Shown one piece after another: positions 37,820 through 47,564 of a stretch of 64,000 bases of DNA. Location of the stretch: NCBI GenBank assembly GCA_017461475.1, contig JAFTXX010000005.1:29918-93917 (forward strand), read 5' to 3'. The notes under the pieces are model-generated. The model ran no database searches, was not told the origin of the DNA, and saw only the letters and a program-made list of their open reading frames with translations. This DNA is from Clostridia bacterium (GTDB lineage: Bacteria > Bacillota > Clostridia > Oscillospirales > CAG-272). Position 1 is the first letter of the stretch. Each line of letters begins with the position of its first letter. The translations under genes and the position numbers were made by a program.

Positions 37820-37893
37820 GTAGGGGCGATTAGTAATCGCCCGCTTGTAAAACATCTACGCACAGCTTTCGGGCGATTAATAATCGCCCCTAC
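37820..37893. repeat. Inverted pair of GC-rich hairpin units (REP-like)
   Basis: GTAGGGGCGATTAGTAATCGCCCG (37820-37843) and its reverse complement with 1 mismatch, CGGGCGATTAATAATCGCCCCTAC (37870-37893). Each unit is itself a hairpin (GGGCGATTA/TAATCGCCC). Confidence 0.8.
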
Positions 37894-37933
37894 GAGGTTG
37901 GTGGATAGCCGTTACTTCACTTGCCTTTCCGCT

Positions 37934-37965
37934 AAAAAACCGAAAGCGGATGCTTTCGGTTTTTT
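37934..37965 (-). terminator. Intrinsic terminator after the 722-aa secreted repeat protein gene
   Basis: AAAAA-ACCGAAAGC-GGAT-GCTTTCGGT-TTTTT, 6 nt from the stop. Confidence 0.85.
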
Positions 37966-37970
37966 AGTAT

Positions 37971-40139
37971 TTATTTAATAAGTGTTGCGGTATTGGTTGA
38001 TGCGTCCCATGTGATATTATCATCCAAAACGCCGAGGGCGTTTGCGATAGCACGTACGGGAAGGTATGTGCGATTGTTTTCGATAACCGCGGGAGAGTCG
38101 AGCGCAACTGTCTGTCCGTTTACGGTCATTGCGGGGGCATCTATTGTGACAACAATAGTGACGCTCTCGTTTGAAAGCGTTGCCGTGCGGGTTGACGCAT
38201 CCCACTTAATGCCGTCGTCGGTAATTCCGAAAGCGTTGGCAAGGAAACGGACGGGGAGCATTGTGCGGTTGTTGCGGTTTATCGGTGCGGCATCAAGATT
38301 ATTGGCAACGCCGTTTATATATGCAACATTTGAGCCTATTGTGAGTTCAACGACGCGCTTGCCGCCGAGATAGTTACTCAGAATATCGCCGCTGCCCTCG
38401 GTGTAGGTGATGACGGTTCCCTCTCCCGTAACGGTAAATTTCTTTTGTGCTTCTTCGGAAAGCAGTGCAATTGCGCCCTCATCAACTATGATTTTGTAAT
38501 GGCTACCGCTTGAAGATTTAAGCACCGCTTTATCGGTTACGGTGAGAGTAGCGCCGTTTTTAACACGGATAGTAGTTTGCCCCTCATCTTCAAGCAGGAC
38601 GATATCATCAAATATAACATCGCTTGAAATGATAAACGTGGTGTTGGGATTAAATCGGAATGAAGCTGATGCTTTATAATCCACACCGCCGTACACGGAT
38701 GTAAACGTGAGCGGTTTGGGAAGAGTGGGCATTGAATACTCATTATTTGCGCCCGTGCCGCCTATATAGGAGTTGCCGCTGACTACTACAGTGCCGCCGA
38801 CAGCAACACGCTTGAACACTCCGTTGACGTAACTCTTTACAGCTTTGTCTGCGCTTGTGCCGTCGTTTGAATTGTTTCCGTTTGCATAGTCGAGATAACA
38901 AACGGTGGTTTCTCTGACAACTTCAAATTCTTCGGTAACGTTATTATCAGCCTGACCTAAAACCGTGGCTTTTTCACCTATTACAATATTGCCCTCTCCG
39001 CTGACGGATGCAAATGTACCGCCGTTTATTATCGCGGTGGATCCCTCGGTGACAATAATCTTCATATATTCACCTTGGTTTGACATGGTGATAACCGATT
39101 CGTTAACTGTAAGAGTGGCTCCGCTTGTAACTATGACAGTGCACTGGGAATTTTCCTGAAAAAGGATAATGTCGTCAAACGTGAGGTCGCTTGCAACGGT
39201 AAGTGTTGCGCCGGGTTTCATCTTGAGAACACCGCTTGCGGGATTTGAGGCAGGCTCGGTATTTTTGTAATCCGTGCTGCCGTAATTTGCGGTAACGGTA
39301 GCCGCACCCGCAAGGCTCCACGCATAGTCGGTACCGATATAGAGTTTGCCGCAAACTACCAATGTGCCGCCTTTTTTCAAAATGCCTGCGACGCCGCTTC
39401 CGTCTGTGGTGCCAAGTCCCTGCTTGGGTGTGCTGTCTGTAAGACCGTCATTTGTATTTTTACCGGTGTTATAAGAAATATATGCAACCGGACCCGAGAC
39501 AGAAGGTGTCTCCTCTGCCGCATCCGCCTTTACAGTTGCTTTTGCTCCTATTGTAATGTTGCCGTCTCCGCTGACGGAATCGAAAATGCCGCCGTTTATG
39601 ACTGCGGCAGAGCCGCTTTCAACTACGATTTGCATATAGTGTCCGCTGCTTGTCATGGAAACAACTGTGTCGGTTACGGTGAGCGTAGCGCCGTTTGCTA
39701 CACGGATTGTGGTTTTTGCACTCTCCTGAAAAAGGATAATGTTGTCAAGCGTCAAGTCGCTTTCAACAGTAAGCGTGCAGTCGGGCTTAATCTTTATGAC
39801 GCCGCTTGCGGGATTTGTTGCGGGGGAGGTGTTTTTGTAATCCTCGCCGCCGTACACCGCGGTAATTACGGTTTCTCCGCTTGCGTTCCATGTATAATTG
39901 TCACCGACATAAATCTTGCCGCACGCAACCATTGTGCCGCCGTCTTTTATAAGGCTGAACGCGCCGTTTCCGCTTGCAGTGCCAAGACTTTGCTTGGGTG
40001 TGCTGTCTGTAAGACCGTTGTTTGAGTTGCTGCCCGTATTATAAGATATGTACGAAACATTCTCGACAGCGCACGCCGTAACGGAAAGGGCGGATATAAT
40101 AACAAGCGCAGTCAACAGCAAATAAAGAAATCTTTTCAT
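37971..40139 (-). CDS. Secreted protein: three beta-helix-like modules and C-terminal copper-amine-oxidase-N-like (stalk) repeats
   Basis: Signal peptide from the ATG at 40139 (AAGGAGA RBS). Three modules start (Y/L)xYxxGxNxNDG(L/T)(T/S)...; a 29-nt exact DNA repeat is shared between modules. C-terminal NRTMLPVRFLANAFG and NRTYLPVRAIANALG stalk-domain repeats. Confidence 0.65.
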   Translation of the reverse strand: MKRFLYLLLTALVIISALSVTACAVENVSYISYNTGSNSNNGLTDSTPKQSLGTASGNGAFSLIKDGGTMVACGKIYVGDNYTWNASGETVITAVYGGEDYKNTSPATNPASGVIKIKPDCTLTVESDLTLDNIILFQESAKTTIRVANGATLTVTDTVVSMTSSGHYMQIVVESGSAAVINGGIFDSVSGDGNITIGAKATVKADAAEETPSVSGPVAYISYNTGKNTNDGLTDSTPKQGLGTTDGSGVAGILKKGGTLVVCGKLYIGTDYAWSLAGAATVTANYGSTDYKNTEPASNPASGVLKMKPGATLTVASDLTFDDIILFQENSQCTVIVTSGATLTVNESVITMSNQGEYMKIIVTEGSTAIINGGTFASVSGEGNIVIGEKATVLGQADNNVTEEFEVVRETTVCYLDYANGNNSNDGTSADKAVKSYVNGVFKRVAVGGTVVVSGNSYIGGTGANNEYSMPTLPKPLTFTSVYGGVDYKASASFRFNPNTTFIISSDVIFDDIVLLEDEGQTTIRVKNGATLTVTDKAVLKSSSGSHYKIIVDEGAIALLSEEAQKKFTVTGEGTVITYTEGSGDILSNYLGGKRVVELTIGSNVAYINGVANNLDAAPINRNNRTMLPVRFLANAFGITDDGIKWDASTRTATLSNESVTIVVTIDAPAMTVNGQTVALDSPAVIENNRTYLPVRAIANALGVLDDNITWDASTNTATLIK

Positions 40140-40158
40140 AGTTTTCTCCTTGATAGGC

Positions 40159-42414
40159 TTACTTGATTCTTTCAAGTATGGCAACTACATCCGCCATACC
40201 TATGGAACCGTTGGCATCTACATCATAGTAACCGCTGTAGTCCGAGGAAGAGTTTACATTTTTCAAAACCATAAGCGCATCGGCAAGATTTTCAACGCCG
40301 TCGCGGTTTACATCGTAACGGTACTTGTTTGACGGAAGTTTTTGAGGTGTGCTTGACGGACCGCGTACGGTGAGGATGTCGGGACCGCCGTCTGGGTCTT
40401 CCACAAATTTGACGAGGTCAACGCAGACATCTCGCAGAGTACCGCCGTTATCCGGCACGGTGTGACGGTGATATACCATGTAAAGCTCTTCCCCGTCGGG
40501 AGAAGGAATCATCAGCGCATCACCGGGACCGTCAATTATATAGTTCCAGTTGAGAATAGGATTATAGTCGTATTTGACGTAGGGACCGAGCGGATTTTTT
40601 GAAACAGCGACCGCTTCGCCGTAGTGTCTGGAATAGGAGCCTGTTGCGTAAATGAGGTAATAATACCCGTCATGTTTCCATACAAAGCCGCCCTCACAAA
40701 GGCGTAGTGCGCCGTCGTTATCCCACTCGCGGTCAGGATATATAACGCGCGTTGCGGTCTCGGGCTTTGCGGTAACAACGCCGTCCTTTATGGTCACTTC
40801 CTCAAACCATATCGTTCCGCCCTCGTCGTAACGGGAGAAAGACATATAGGTTTTGCCGTCGTAACCGACAAACGGGTGTCCGTCGATTTCGGTTACATCG
40901 GGATTTATCGCAACAAGCGGGCCGTCGTGCGTGAACGGACCGTAAGGAGAGTCGGAAGATGCATAGTACACGCGTCTTGAGTTATCCGAGCCGAGCTGCT
41001 CTGCTGCGAAAAAGAGATAGAAAAGTCCGTCGCTTTCGTTATAGTAAACGTTGGGGCTCCACGCTGTTCTGCCGTTGACATTATTGTAAGCGATGGAATC
41101 CCATGTGAAAACAATGTTTCGGGGAGTAAAATGCGCAAGGTCGGGAGATGTGTACACACGGAAGATGTTTTCGCCGTCGTTGCCGGCGTAAACATAGAGG
41201 TAATATGTACCCTCATAGTAAAGCACGTCGGGGTCGGCACCGGGGCTTACGGTGTTAATGTATGTTTCCTCGGCGAGAGTAACCGTGCTGTCGCCGACGT
41301 TTAAGTTCTGCACTTTGCCGCTCTCGAGCCAAAGTCCGAATTTTCCGTCGGTGCCGTCAAGGTAAAACTCAAATTTGGGGAACGCATCTTCGCCCTCAAA
41401 ATAGTTGTCGTAATAAACAGACACAATTCCGCCGTGTACATCTACAGTAACATCGCAGAATCCCTCACGGATTATATTGGCTCTCTCTCCTAAGATTTTA
41501 AACACACCGTCTGAAATCTTGTAAAGAGTGACGCACTGTTCTTCCTCGTTTAATTCAAAGGCATAACCGTTTTTCTCGTCGGACATGCCGAAGTACAAAC
41601 GGGAAATATTTTTATTTGCAACAGAAAAACTAACTCTGTAGTCACCGGCAAGCGCTTTCTCGGAAAGCATTGCACCATTTCCGCTTGCGACAGCACCGTT
41701 TACGGTGATACCGCTTGCTTTGAAAGTATGTTCGCCTAAAGTTACTGTCCCGGTCATTTTCGGAAGTTCGTCATCCTCGAGAACAGTTACCTTGAAATTG
41801 TCAAATCTGCCCGCATCGGCATAATACTGGCGGAGACCGACGGTAGACGTAAATGTATCGTAAATATCGTTTTCGTGGTCACCGGGCTCGTATCTTATCT
41901 CCTGGAACAGAGTTTTTCCGTCAAGAGAAGTGGCGCGGAAGGTCATGGCGCCTTTGTATACACGAACAGAAAGGTGAAAGTCCCTGTCTTCTATTTTATT
42001 TGTACCGGGAGCAAAACTACCTCCCCAGCCTGTTTGGCTGAAATAGGCGATATATATTTTTTCACCTGTATTGTTTGTGGTCGCGGTATAACCGGAAAAA
42101 TACGAAGGTTCTTTTGTAAGGCTATCACTTGTTGCGCCGATGAGAAGACCGCCCATATTGTTGCATCCGAGATAGTCAACTTCTACTATGTAGTCCATTC
42201 CCTGATACTGCTTTGGGAACTCGTAAGCAATATATGCAGACGTTCCGCTGCCTACGGCTTTTACTCCGCCGTCCGACACCTGCATTGTGCCGCGCATCGT
42301 AAAATCGGAAAGGCTGCTGCTTGAAAAATCATTTTCGTAAATCACGGTTTCTTTAGCGCAAACCGAAACCGTCAGACATGCGAAAACAAGCAATGTAAAT
42401 AAAAATTTTTTCAT
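40159..42414 (-). CDS. GH43-family glycoside hydrolase with N-terminal LamG/DUF1080-like domains and a C-terminal dockerin
   Basis: Signal peptide from the ATG at 42414 (AAGGAGA RBS). GH43 blocks PGADPDVLYYEGTYYLYVY, AWSPNVYYNESDGLFYLFF and CEGGFVWKHDGYYYLIYATGSY. Dockerin DVNRDGVENLADALMVL...DVDANGSIGMADVVAIL. Confidence 0.8.
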   Translation of the reverse strand: MKKFLFTLLVFACLTVSVCAKETVIYENDFSSSSLSDFTMRGTMQVSDGGVKAVGSGTSAYIAYEFPKQYQGMDYIVEVDYLGCNNMGGLLIGATSDSLTKEPSYFSGYTATTNNTGEKIYIAYFSQTGWGGSFAPGTNKIEDRDFHLSVRVYKGAMTFRATSLDGKTLFQEIRYEPGDHENDIYDTFTSTVGLRQYYADAGRFDNFKVTVLEDDELPKMTGTVTLGEHTFKASGITVNGAVASGNGAMLSEKALAGDYRVSFSVANKNISRLYFGMSDEKNGYAFELNEEEQCVTLYKISDGVFKILGERANIIREGFCDVTVDVHGGIVSVYYDNYFEGEDAFPKFEFYLDGTDGKFGLWLESGKVQNLNVGDSTVTLAEETYINTVSPGADPDVLYYEGTYYLYVYAGNDGENIFRVYTSPDLAHFTPRNIVFTWDSIAYNNVNGRTAWSPNVYYNESDGLFYLFFAAEQLGSDNSRRVYYASSDSPYGPFTHDGPLVAINPDVTEIDGHPFVGYDGKTYMSFSRYDEGGTIWFEEVTIKDGVVTAKPETATRVIYPDREWDNDGALRLCEGGFVWKHDGYYYLIYATGSYSRHYGEAVAVSKNPLGPYVKYDYNPILNWNYIIDGPGDALMIPSPDGEELYMVYHRHTVPDNGGTLRDVCVDLVKFVEDPDGGPDILTVRGPSSTPQKLPSNKYRYDVNRDGVENLADALMVLKNVNSSSDYSGYYDVDANGSIGMADVVAILERIK

Positions 42415-42497
42415 ATCCCGTCTCCTTTTGTTAATTATCGCCAATTCCAATATATCACATTTATTTTTATAAAGCAATATAATAAATCGACATTTTT

Positions 42498-42526
42498 CTT
42501 GACTTTTTCTACATTACATGATAATA
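42498..42526 (+). promoter_or_regulatory. Candidate promoter of the stalk-domain/C39-like gene
   Basis: TTGACT - 17 nt - TAATAT. Confidence 0.5.
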
Positions 42527-42560
42527 TTCTTGTATAATTTTTTATGCGGGAGACTAATGT

Positions 42561-43751
42561 ATGAAAAAAGTATTTTTGCAAGTTTTTATTACAGTACTTT
42601 TAACTTTATCATTGGTTATCCCGTCTTTTGCTTCCGATGTGCACGAGCACTCATTCGGAGAGTGGAAAACAACTTCTCTGCCGACAAAATTCGACGCGGG
42701 CGAAAAAACCGCCGTGTGCAGCGTTTGCGGCATGCTTGAAGTGCGTGAAATAACGGCTGTAATAAAAATGACCGTGGGGCAATCCTCTTTCACCGTAAAC
42801 GGAGAGACAAAAAGCATGCACTGCGAACCTGTTATACGCAATGACAGAACCATGCTCCCTGTAAGATACGTCGCCGAAAATCTCGGTGCTGCCGTTTCAT
42901 GGAACACCGCTTCTTCTACCGCGGTGATAACAAACGGCAGTGCGGAAATAAAAATCACCATCGGCGACCATGCCGCTATGATAAACGGCGTGAGCGTCCC
43001 GCTTGACAGTCCTGCTTTCATCGAAAGCGACCGCACATATTTGCCCGTGCGTTTTATCGCCGAGAGCCTCGGCGCGGCGGTAGAATGGGACGGAGAGACA
43101 TCCACCGCGACCATCACAAACGAAGGCGGTATAGTTTCAAAAATTTTGGATGTGCCTTACATATATCAAGTGCGCGACTACCCCAACGGCTGTGAAAGCG
43201 TAAGCACGGTAATGGCACTGCAGTTTCTCGGGTTTGACATTGACGTTGACACATTTATAGACAGTTACCTTGATATGGGCTCCTCTCCCGTTGTCGGCGG
43301 CAAGGGGCCAGACCCGGATGAAGTTTACTGCGGCAATCCGCGGCTGCTCAGCGGCTGGGGCTGCAACTCGCCGGTTATTGTAAACGCGCTTAACAAATTT
43401 ATTGCCAAAGACAAGTACACTGTTTCGCAGTTTTACGGCAAATCGCTCGCCGAGCTTTGCGAGTATATCAACAGCGACATCCCCGTTATCATGTGGGCGA
43501 CGGTTGGCATGGTGAACTCAAGTTCAAGCGGATATTACGCAAAATGGACAACCGAGGGCGGTAAACAGATTTCATACAATAAGCGCCTGCACTGCCTCTT
43601 GCTTGTCGGATACGACGGTGAGTATTACTATTTCAACGACCCTATGAGCAAAGGCACAAACGGCGCAAGCCATGTCGGATACAAGAAAAGCGATGTTGAA
43701 AAAGCCTACGAGATACTCGGTATGCAGAGTATTGTAATTGAACCGAAGTGA
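42561..43751 (+). CDS. Secreted protein: two stalk (Cu-amine-oxidase-N-like) repeats and a C39-like cysteine peptidase domain
   Basis: Signal peptide. DRTMLPVRYVAENLG and DRTYLPVRFIAESLG repeats. C-terminal DYPNGCESVSTVMALQFLG with HCLLLVGYDGEYYYFNDP, a Cys/His pair. Confidence 0.6.
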   Translation: MKKVFLQVFITVLLTLSLVIPSFASDVHEHSFGEWKTTSLPTKFDAGEKTAVCSVCGMLEVREITAVIKMTVGQSSFTVNGETKSMHCEPVIRNDRTMLPVRYVAENLGAAVSWNTASSTAVITNGSAEIKITIGDHAAMINGVSVPLDSPAFIESDRTYLPVRFIAESLGAAVEWDGETSTATITNEGGIVSKILDVPYIYQVRDYPNGCESVSTVMALQFLGFDIDVDTFIDSYLDMGSSPVVGGKGPDPDEVYCGNPRLLSGWGCNSPVIVNALNKFIAKDKYTVSQFYGKSLAELCEYINSDIPVIMWATVGMVNSSSSGYYAKWTTEGGKQISYNKRLHCLLLVGYDGEYYYFNDPMSKGTNGASHVGYKKSDVEKAYEILGMQSIVIEPK

Positions 43752-43766
43752 TTTACCCAATCAACA

Positions 43767-43800
43767 TAAAACGACCGAGCGGAATGCTCGGTCGTTTTTA
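43767..43800. terminator. Bidirectional intrinsic terminator between convergent genes
   Basis: AAAA-CGACCGAGC-GGAAT-GCTCGGTCG-TTTTT. Confidence 0.85.
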
Positions 43801-45297
43801 TTACTTATTAACTGTATCAACAAACTTCTGGAATGCGGTCCTGCCCTCTTCGGTGCACTTGTATACACCTGCGTGAACGAGGACTTCGGCGAAGACTTTA
43901 CCTATCTCGCGTTCAACAACTGCGTCGATGTTGTCTGCGGTGACGGTTTCGTTCTTCATAAACGCATACGCCCAATCAGCGTGCTTTGCAAGGGTTTCAT
44001 CCTTGTAGAGGTCGTCGCCTGCGAGGATTGCTTTTTTGAGCATATCCATTTCGGCTTTAAGTCTTGCGGGAAGAACTGCGAGACCCATTACCTCGATAAG
44101 ACCGATATTCTCCTTCTTGATGTGGTGAAGTTCGGCATGGGGATGATATACACCGAAAGGATGTTCCTCGGTGGTGATGTTATTGCGGAGCACGAGGTCA
44201 AGTTCGTACTTGTCGCCGCGGCGGCGTGCAATGGGAGTGATGGTATTGTGAGGTTCGCCGTTTGTCTCTGCAAATACGAACGCATCTTCATCGGTATAGC
44301 CGCGCCATGCAATAAGAATCTTGTCCGCAAGTTCTACAAGGCGCTCGCGGTCGGTGCCGCAAAGACGAATGGTGGAAAGCGGCCACTTGACTATGCCTGC
44401 CTCAACGTCGTCAAAGCCCTTGAAAGTGAGTTTTTTCTCAATGGGAGCCTTGGTCATTGCAAACTCATACTTACCGCCCTGGAAATGGTCGTGGCTGAGG
44501 ATTGAGCCGCCGACAATCGGAAGGTCGGCATTTGAGCCGAGGAAGTAGTGCGGGAAGAGAGTTACAAAGTCAAGCAGTTTGCCGAAAGCGGCGCGGTCGA
44601 TTTTCATGGGAGTATGCTCACCGTTGAATGCGATGCAGTGTTCGTTGTAATAAACATAGGGAGAATACTGCATGTACCACTGCGAATTGTTAATGGTAAT
44701 CGGAATGGTACGGTGGTTCTGACGTGCCGCCGCGTTGAGGTGGCCTGCGTAACCCTCGTTTTCGTGGCAGAGCGCGCACTTGGGATAAGAGCTCTTTACG
44801 GCGTTGCGCGCTGCGGCGATAGCTTTGGGGTCTTTCTCGGGTTTGGAGAGGTTGACAGTGATATCAAGGTCACCGAACTCGCTTGCGTATACCCAGCGAA
44901 GGTCCTTCTTTACGCGGTATGTACGGATATAGTCGGTATCGCGGCTAAGTTTGTAGTAGTAATCGGTAGCCGCTTCGGGAGACTCTGCGTAGAGTGCGGT
45001 GAACATGTCGATAACTTCGCGGGGAGCGGGAGTAAGCAGACCCATGAGTTTGGTATCGAAAAGGTCACGGTAAGCAACGGTATTATCCTCGATAAGTCCC
45101 TTTTCTGCCGCGTAGTCGAGCAGTTCTGCGAGAGTGGACTCGAGATCAACATCGGTGTACTCGGTTTCGGGCTCGATATATTCCTGAAGGTTCAGAGCCT
45201 CAAGGATTCTGTTGGTCGCCCATGCGCGGTCAACGGGAGTGATAAGAAAATGTTCCTCGGCATAGGTGACGAGTTTCTTTATGCTGTCAAAAATCAT
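43801..45297 (-). CDS. galT: UDP-glucose--hexose-1-phosphate uridylyltransferase (type 2 GalT)
   Basis: 498 aa with a Firmicute-type GalT N-terminus and the core motif GGSILSHDHFQGG. Confidence 0.85.
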   Translation of the reverse strand: MIFDSIKKLVTYAEEHFLITPVDRAWATNRILEALNLQEYIEPETEYTDVDLESTLAELLDYAAEKGLIEDNTVAYRDLFDTKLMGLLTPAPREVIDMFTALYAESPEAATDYYYKLSRDTDYIRTYRVKKDLRWVYASEFGDLDITVNLSKPEKDPKAIAAARNAVKSSYPKCALCHENEGYAGHLNAAARQNHRTIPITINNSQWYMQYSPYVYYNEHCIAFNGEHTPMKIDRAAFGKLLDFVTLFPHYFLGSNADLPIVGGSILSHDHFQGGKYEFAMTKAPIEKKLTFKGFDDVEAGIVKWPLSTIRLCGTDRERLVELADKILIAWRGYTDEDAFVFAETNGEPHNTITPIARRRGDKYELDLVLRNNITTEEHPFGVYHPHAELHHIKKENIGLIEVMGLAVLPARLKAEMDMLKKAILAGDDLYKDETLAKHADWAYAFMKNETVTADNIDAVVEREIGKVFAEVLVHAGVYKCTEEGRTAFQKFVDTVNK

Positions 45298-45309
45298 AGT
45301 GTCCCCCTA

Positions 45310-46329
45310 TTAGTTGAACTTATAAACTGTTGCGTGGCTGTAAACCTCGCCGGGATTGAGTCTTGCCTCACCCTTGCTCGGACTGTCGGGCTCATACTGG
45401 GTCTCAAAAGCAACAGTCATATTCTGTCTTCTTGCAACGCCCTTGAAGTCACAGCCGCCTGCGCCTATAGCAGAGTAAATCTGCATGCAGGGCATGGTGG
45501 TGAGAATAGTCATGGTGCGTTCATCGGTGCGAACGGTTGCGGCAACGTTCATTTCGATGCCGGCGAAAGTTTCCTTAACTTTGCCGTCAAGCACGAAGTT
45601 ATTATCGTAACCTACGATGCCGAGACCGGTATTCTCATGGTCGCGTCCGAGAGGCTTTTCGGCGCGGAAGTCAAACGCGGTGCCGGTAACGTCAAGGCGC
45701 TTGCCTGTAGGAAGCAGTGTCTTTGCGTCTACATCGGTAACTTCGTCGCAGTTTATCTTAACGAGGTGGTCGCGGTTATCGCCGTTTGCAATGCCGTGGA
45801 GATTGAAGTACGCGTGGTTGGTGAGGTTGACATATGTAGGCTTATCGGTGGTTGCCTTATAGCCGATGAAAAGCGCGTTGTCAACGATTTTGTATGTAAC
45901 GGTAACTTTAAGTTCACCCGGATAACCCTCGTCGCCGTCGGGAGAGGTCATGGTGCAAACAAGTTTGGGAGCGCCGCATTTTTCACAGGTGGTCTCCTCA
46001 ATATCCCATACGTACTTATCGAAGCCAACTTTACCGCCGTGGAGATGTGCCTCGCCGTTATTACGTGCGATGGGGTAGTCAACGCCGTCAATGGTGACCT
46101 TGCCGCCGCTGATACGGTTTGCGTATCTACCGACGATAGCGCCCTGATAGCCGCCGTTTGTTCTGTACTTCTCGAGGGTGTCGTAGCCGCCGACAAGGTC
46201 GGTTCCCTTGTGAAGAAGTTTCTGGAGAGTTGCGCCGTAGGAAAGCACGGTTGCACTCACGTCGCCGTTTTCAATGGTGTAAGCATACACTTCTCTGCCG
46301 TCGGGCATGGTACCAAAAAGAGTTTTCAT
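45310..46329 (-). CDS. galM: Aldose 1-epimerase (galactose mutarotase)
   Basis: GEAHLHGG, LTNHAYFNL, and a C-terminal FETQYEPDS motif. Confidence 0.85.
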   Translation of the reverse strand: MKTLFGTMPDGREVYAYTIENGDVSATVLSYGATLQKLLHKGTDLVGGYDTLEKYRTNGGYQGAIVGRYANRISGGKVTIDGVDYPIARNNGEAHLHGGKVGFDKYVWDIEETTCEKCGAPKLVCTMTSPDGDEGYPGELKVTVTYKIVDNALFIGYKATTDKPTYVNLTNHAYFNLHGIANGDNRDHLVKINCDEVTDVDAKTLLPTGKRLDVTGTAFDFRAEKPLGRDHENTGLGIVGYDNNFVLDGKVKETFAGIEMNVAATVRTDERTMTILTTMPCMQIYSAIGAGGCDFKGVARRQNMTVAFETQYEPDSPSKGEARLNPGEVYSHATVYKFN

Positions 46330-46413
46330 TATATATCCTCCAATGTAAATTATTTACTATATTTATAATATTACAGTAGGTCTGCAAAGTCAATGCAGAA
46401 TTGTATGTTTTTT

Positions 46414-47541
46414 TTACACTTTGTTTGCACTTATTTTTAAGACGGTCGCAATGTTCTTTGCAGTGCGCCTGAGATTGTCTTTTGCATAGTCGCGCACATC
46501 GTCAAATGTGCAAAAATCGGTGACGGTGGAGAATACCGCGTCGGCTCCGAGCGCGTCGGTATTGCCCGCACTTCCCGCTATTACTATGACGGGAACATCA
46601 TGCTTTTTCGCCGCGGCGATAACACCGCTGACGGCTTTGCCTTTAGAACTTTGCTCATCTGCCCTGCCCTCGCCCGTAACGACTGCGTCAGCGCCGTCAA
46701 GCGCGTTTTCAAAGCCTATTCGAGAGAGGATCTCGTCAATGCCGCCGCGGATAGTCGCGCCGAGGAATGCAACAGCTCCAGCGCCGAAACCTCCTGCGGC
46801 ACCGCCGCCCTCGAGGCCTGAAATGTCAATGCCGAGGTCGCGGTTTATAATATTCTGCATATGAATTGCATTTGCTTCAAGCAGTTCGACCGCCTGCTCC
46901 GACGCGCCCTTTTGGGGTGCGAACATTCTTGCCGCTCCGCTCTCGCCCGTGAGGGTGGATTTTACATCGCAAAGGCAGATAAATTCTATCTCGCGGATAT
47001 TTTGCGGCACGCATGATGCGTCAATGCTTGCCACTTCGTCAAGTGTGCCGCCGAGGGGTAATGTGTCCTCGCCGCCCTCATCAATAAAGCGCACGCCGAG
47101 TGCCGCCGCCGCGCCGCATCCAAGGTCGTTGGTGGCACTGCCGCCGAGGCAAAGAAGTATGCGTTTTACACCGAGTCCCGCGGCGACGCTTATCATTTGT
47201 CCTACGCCGTAGGTGGTGGTGAGCAACGGATTTTTGCGTCCCTGTGCAAAGTGAAGTCCCGCCGCCTGCGCCATTTCGACAACAGCGGTCTCGCCCGCGT
47301 CAACTATGCCGATTTTGACCTGCGTATCTTCAAAAAAGCAGTTTTTGACGGTGGTGACGACGTACCCGCCGCCGAGCGCGTCAACAAAGCAATCGGTACT
47401 GCCCTCGCCGCCGTCGGCTATAGGCATTTTTATAACTTTAGATGTAGGGAATTTCGCGCTGAGTTCGTCCGCGATTATCTCTGTAGCCTCGCTCGCGCTT
47501 ATCGTTCCCTTGAATGAGTCTGTTGCTACTATTATTTTCAT
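46414..47541 (-). CDS. glxK: Glycerate kinase
   Basis: MKIIVATDSFKGTISASEA N-terminus, PIADGGEGS, and a C-terminal VTGEGRADEQSSKGK motif of the Gly_kinase family. Confidence 0.85.
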   Translation of the reverse strand: MKIIVATDSFKGTISASEATEIIADELSAKFPTSKVIKMPIADGGEGSTDCFVDALGGGYVVTTVKNCFFEDTQVKIGIVDAGETAVVEMAQAAGLHFAQGRKNPLLTTTYGVGQMISVAAGLGVKRILLCLGGSATNDLGCGAAAALGVRFIDEGGEDTLPLGGTLDEVASIDASCVPQNIREIEFICLCDVKSTLTGESGAARMFAPQKGASEQAVELLEANAIHMQNIINRDLGIDISGLEGGGAAGGFGAGAVAFLGATIRGGIDEILSRIGFENALDGADAVVTGEGRADEQSSKGKAVSGVIAAAKKHDVPVIVIAGSAGNTDALGADAVFSTVTDFCTFDDVRDYAKDNLRRTAKNIATVLKISANKV

Positions 47542-47564
47542 TTGGTGTGTCCTTTTTGATTTTG

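Noticed and set aside
44548-46368. 606-aa ORF on the plus strand spanning two genes
   Set aside because: It is antisense to both galT and galM, which have strong family signatures, and it crosses their intergenic gap. Its composition is low-complexity and Val/Gly/Cys-rich. This is a shadow ORF typical of this codon usage.
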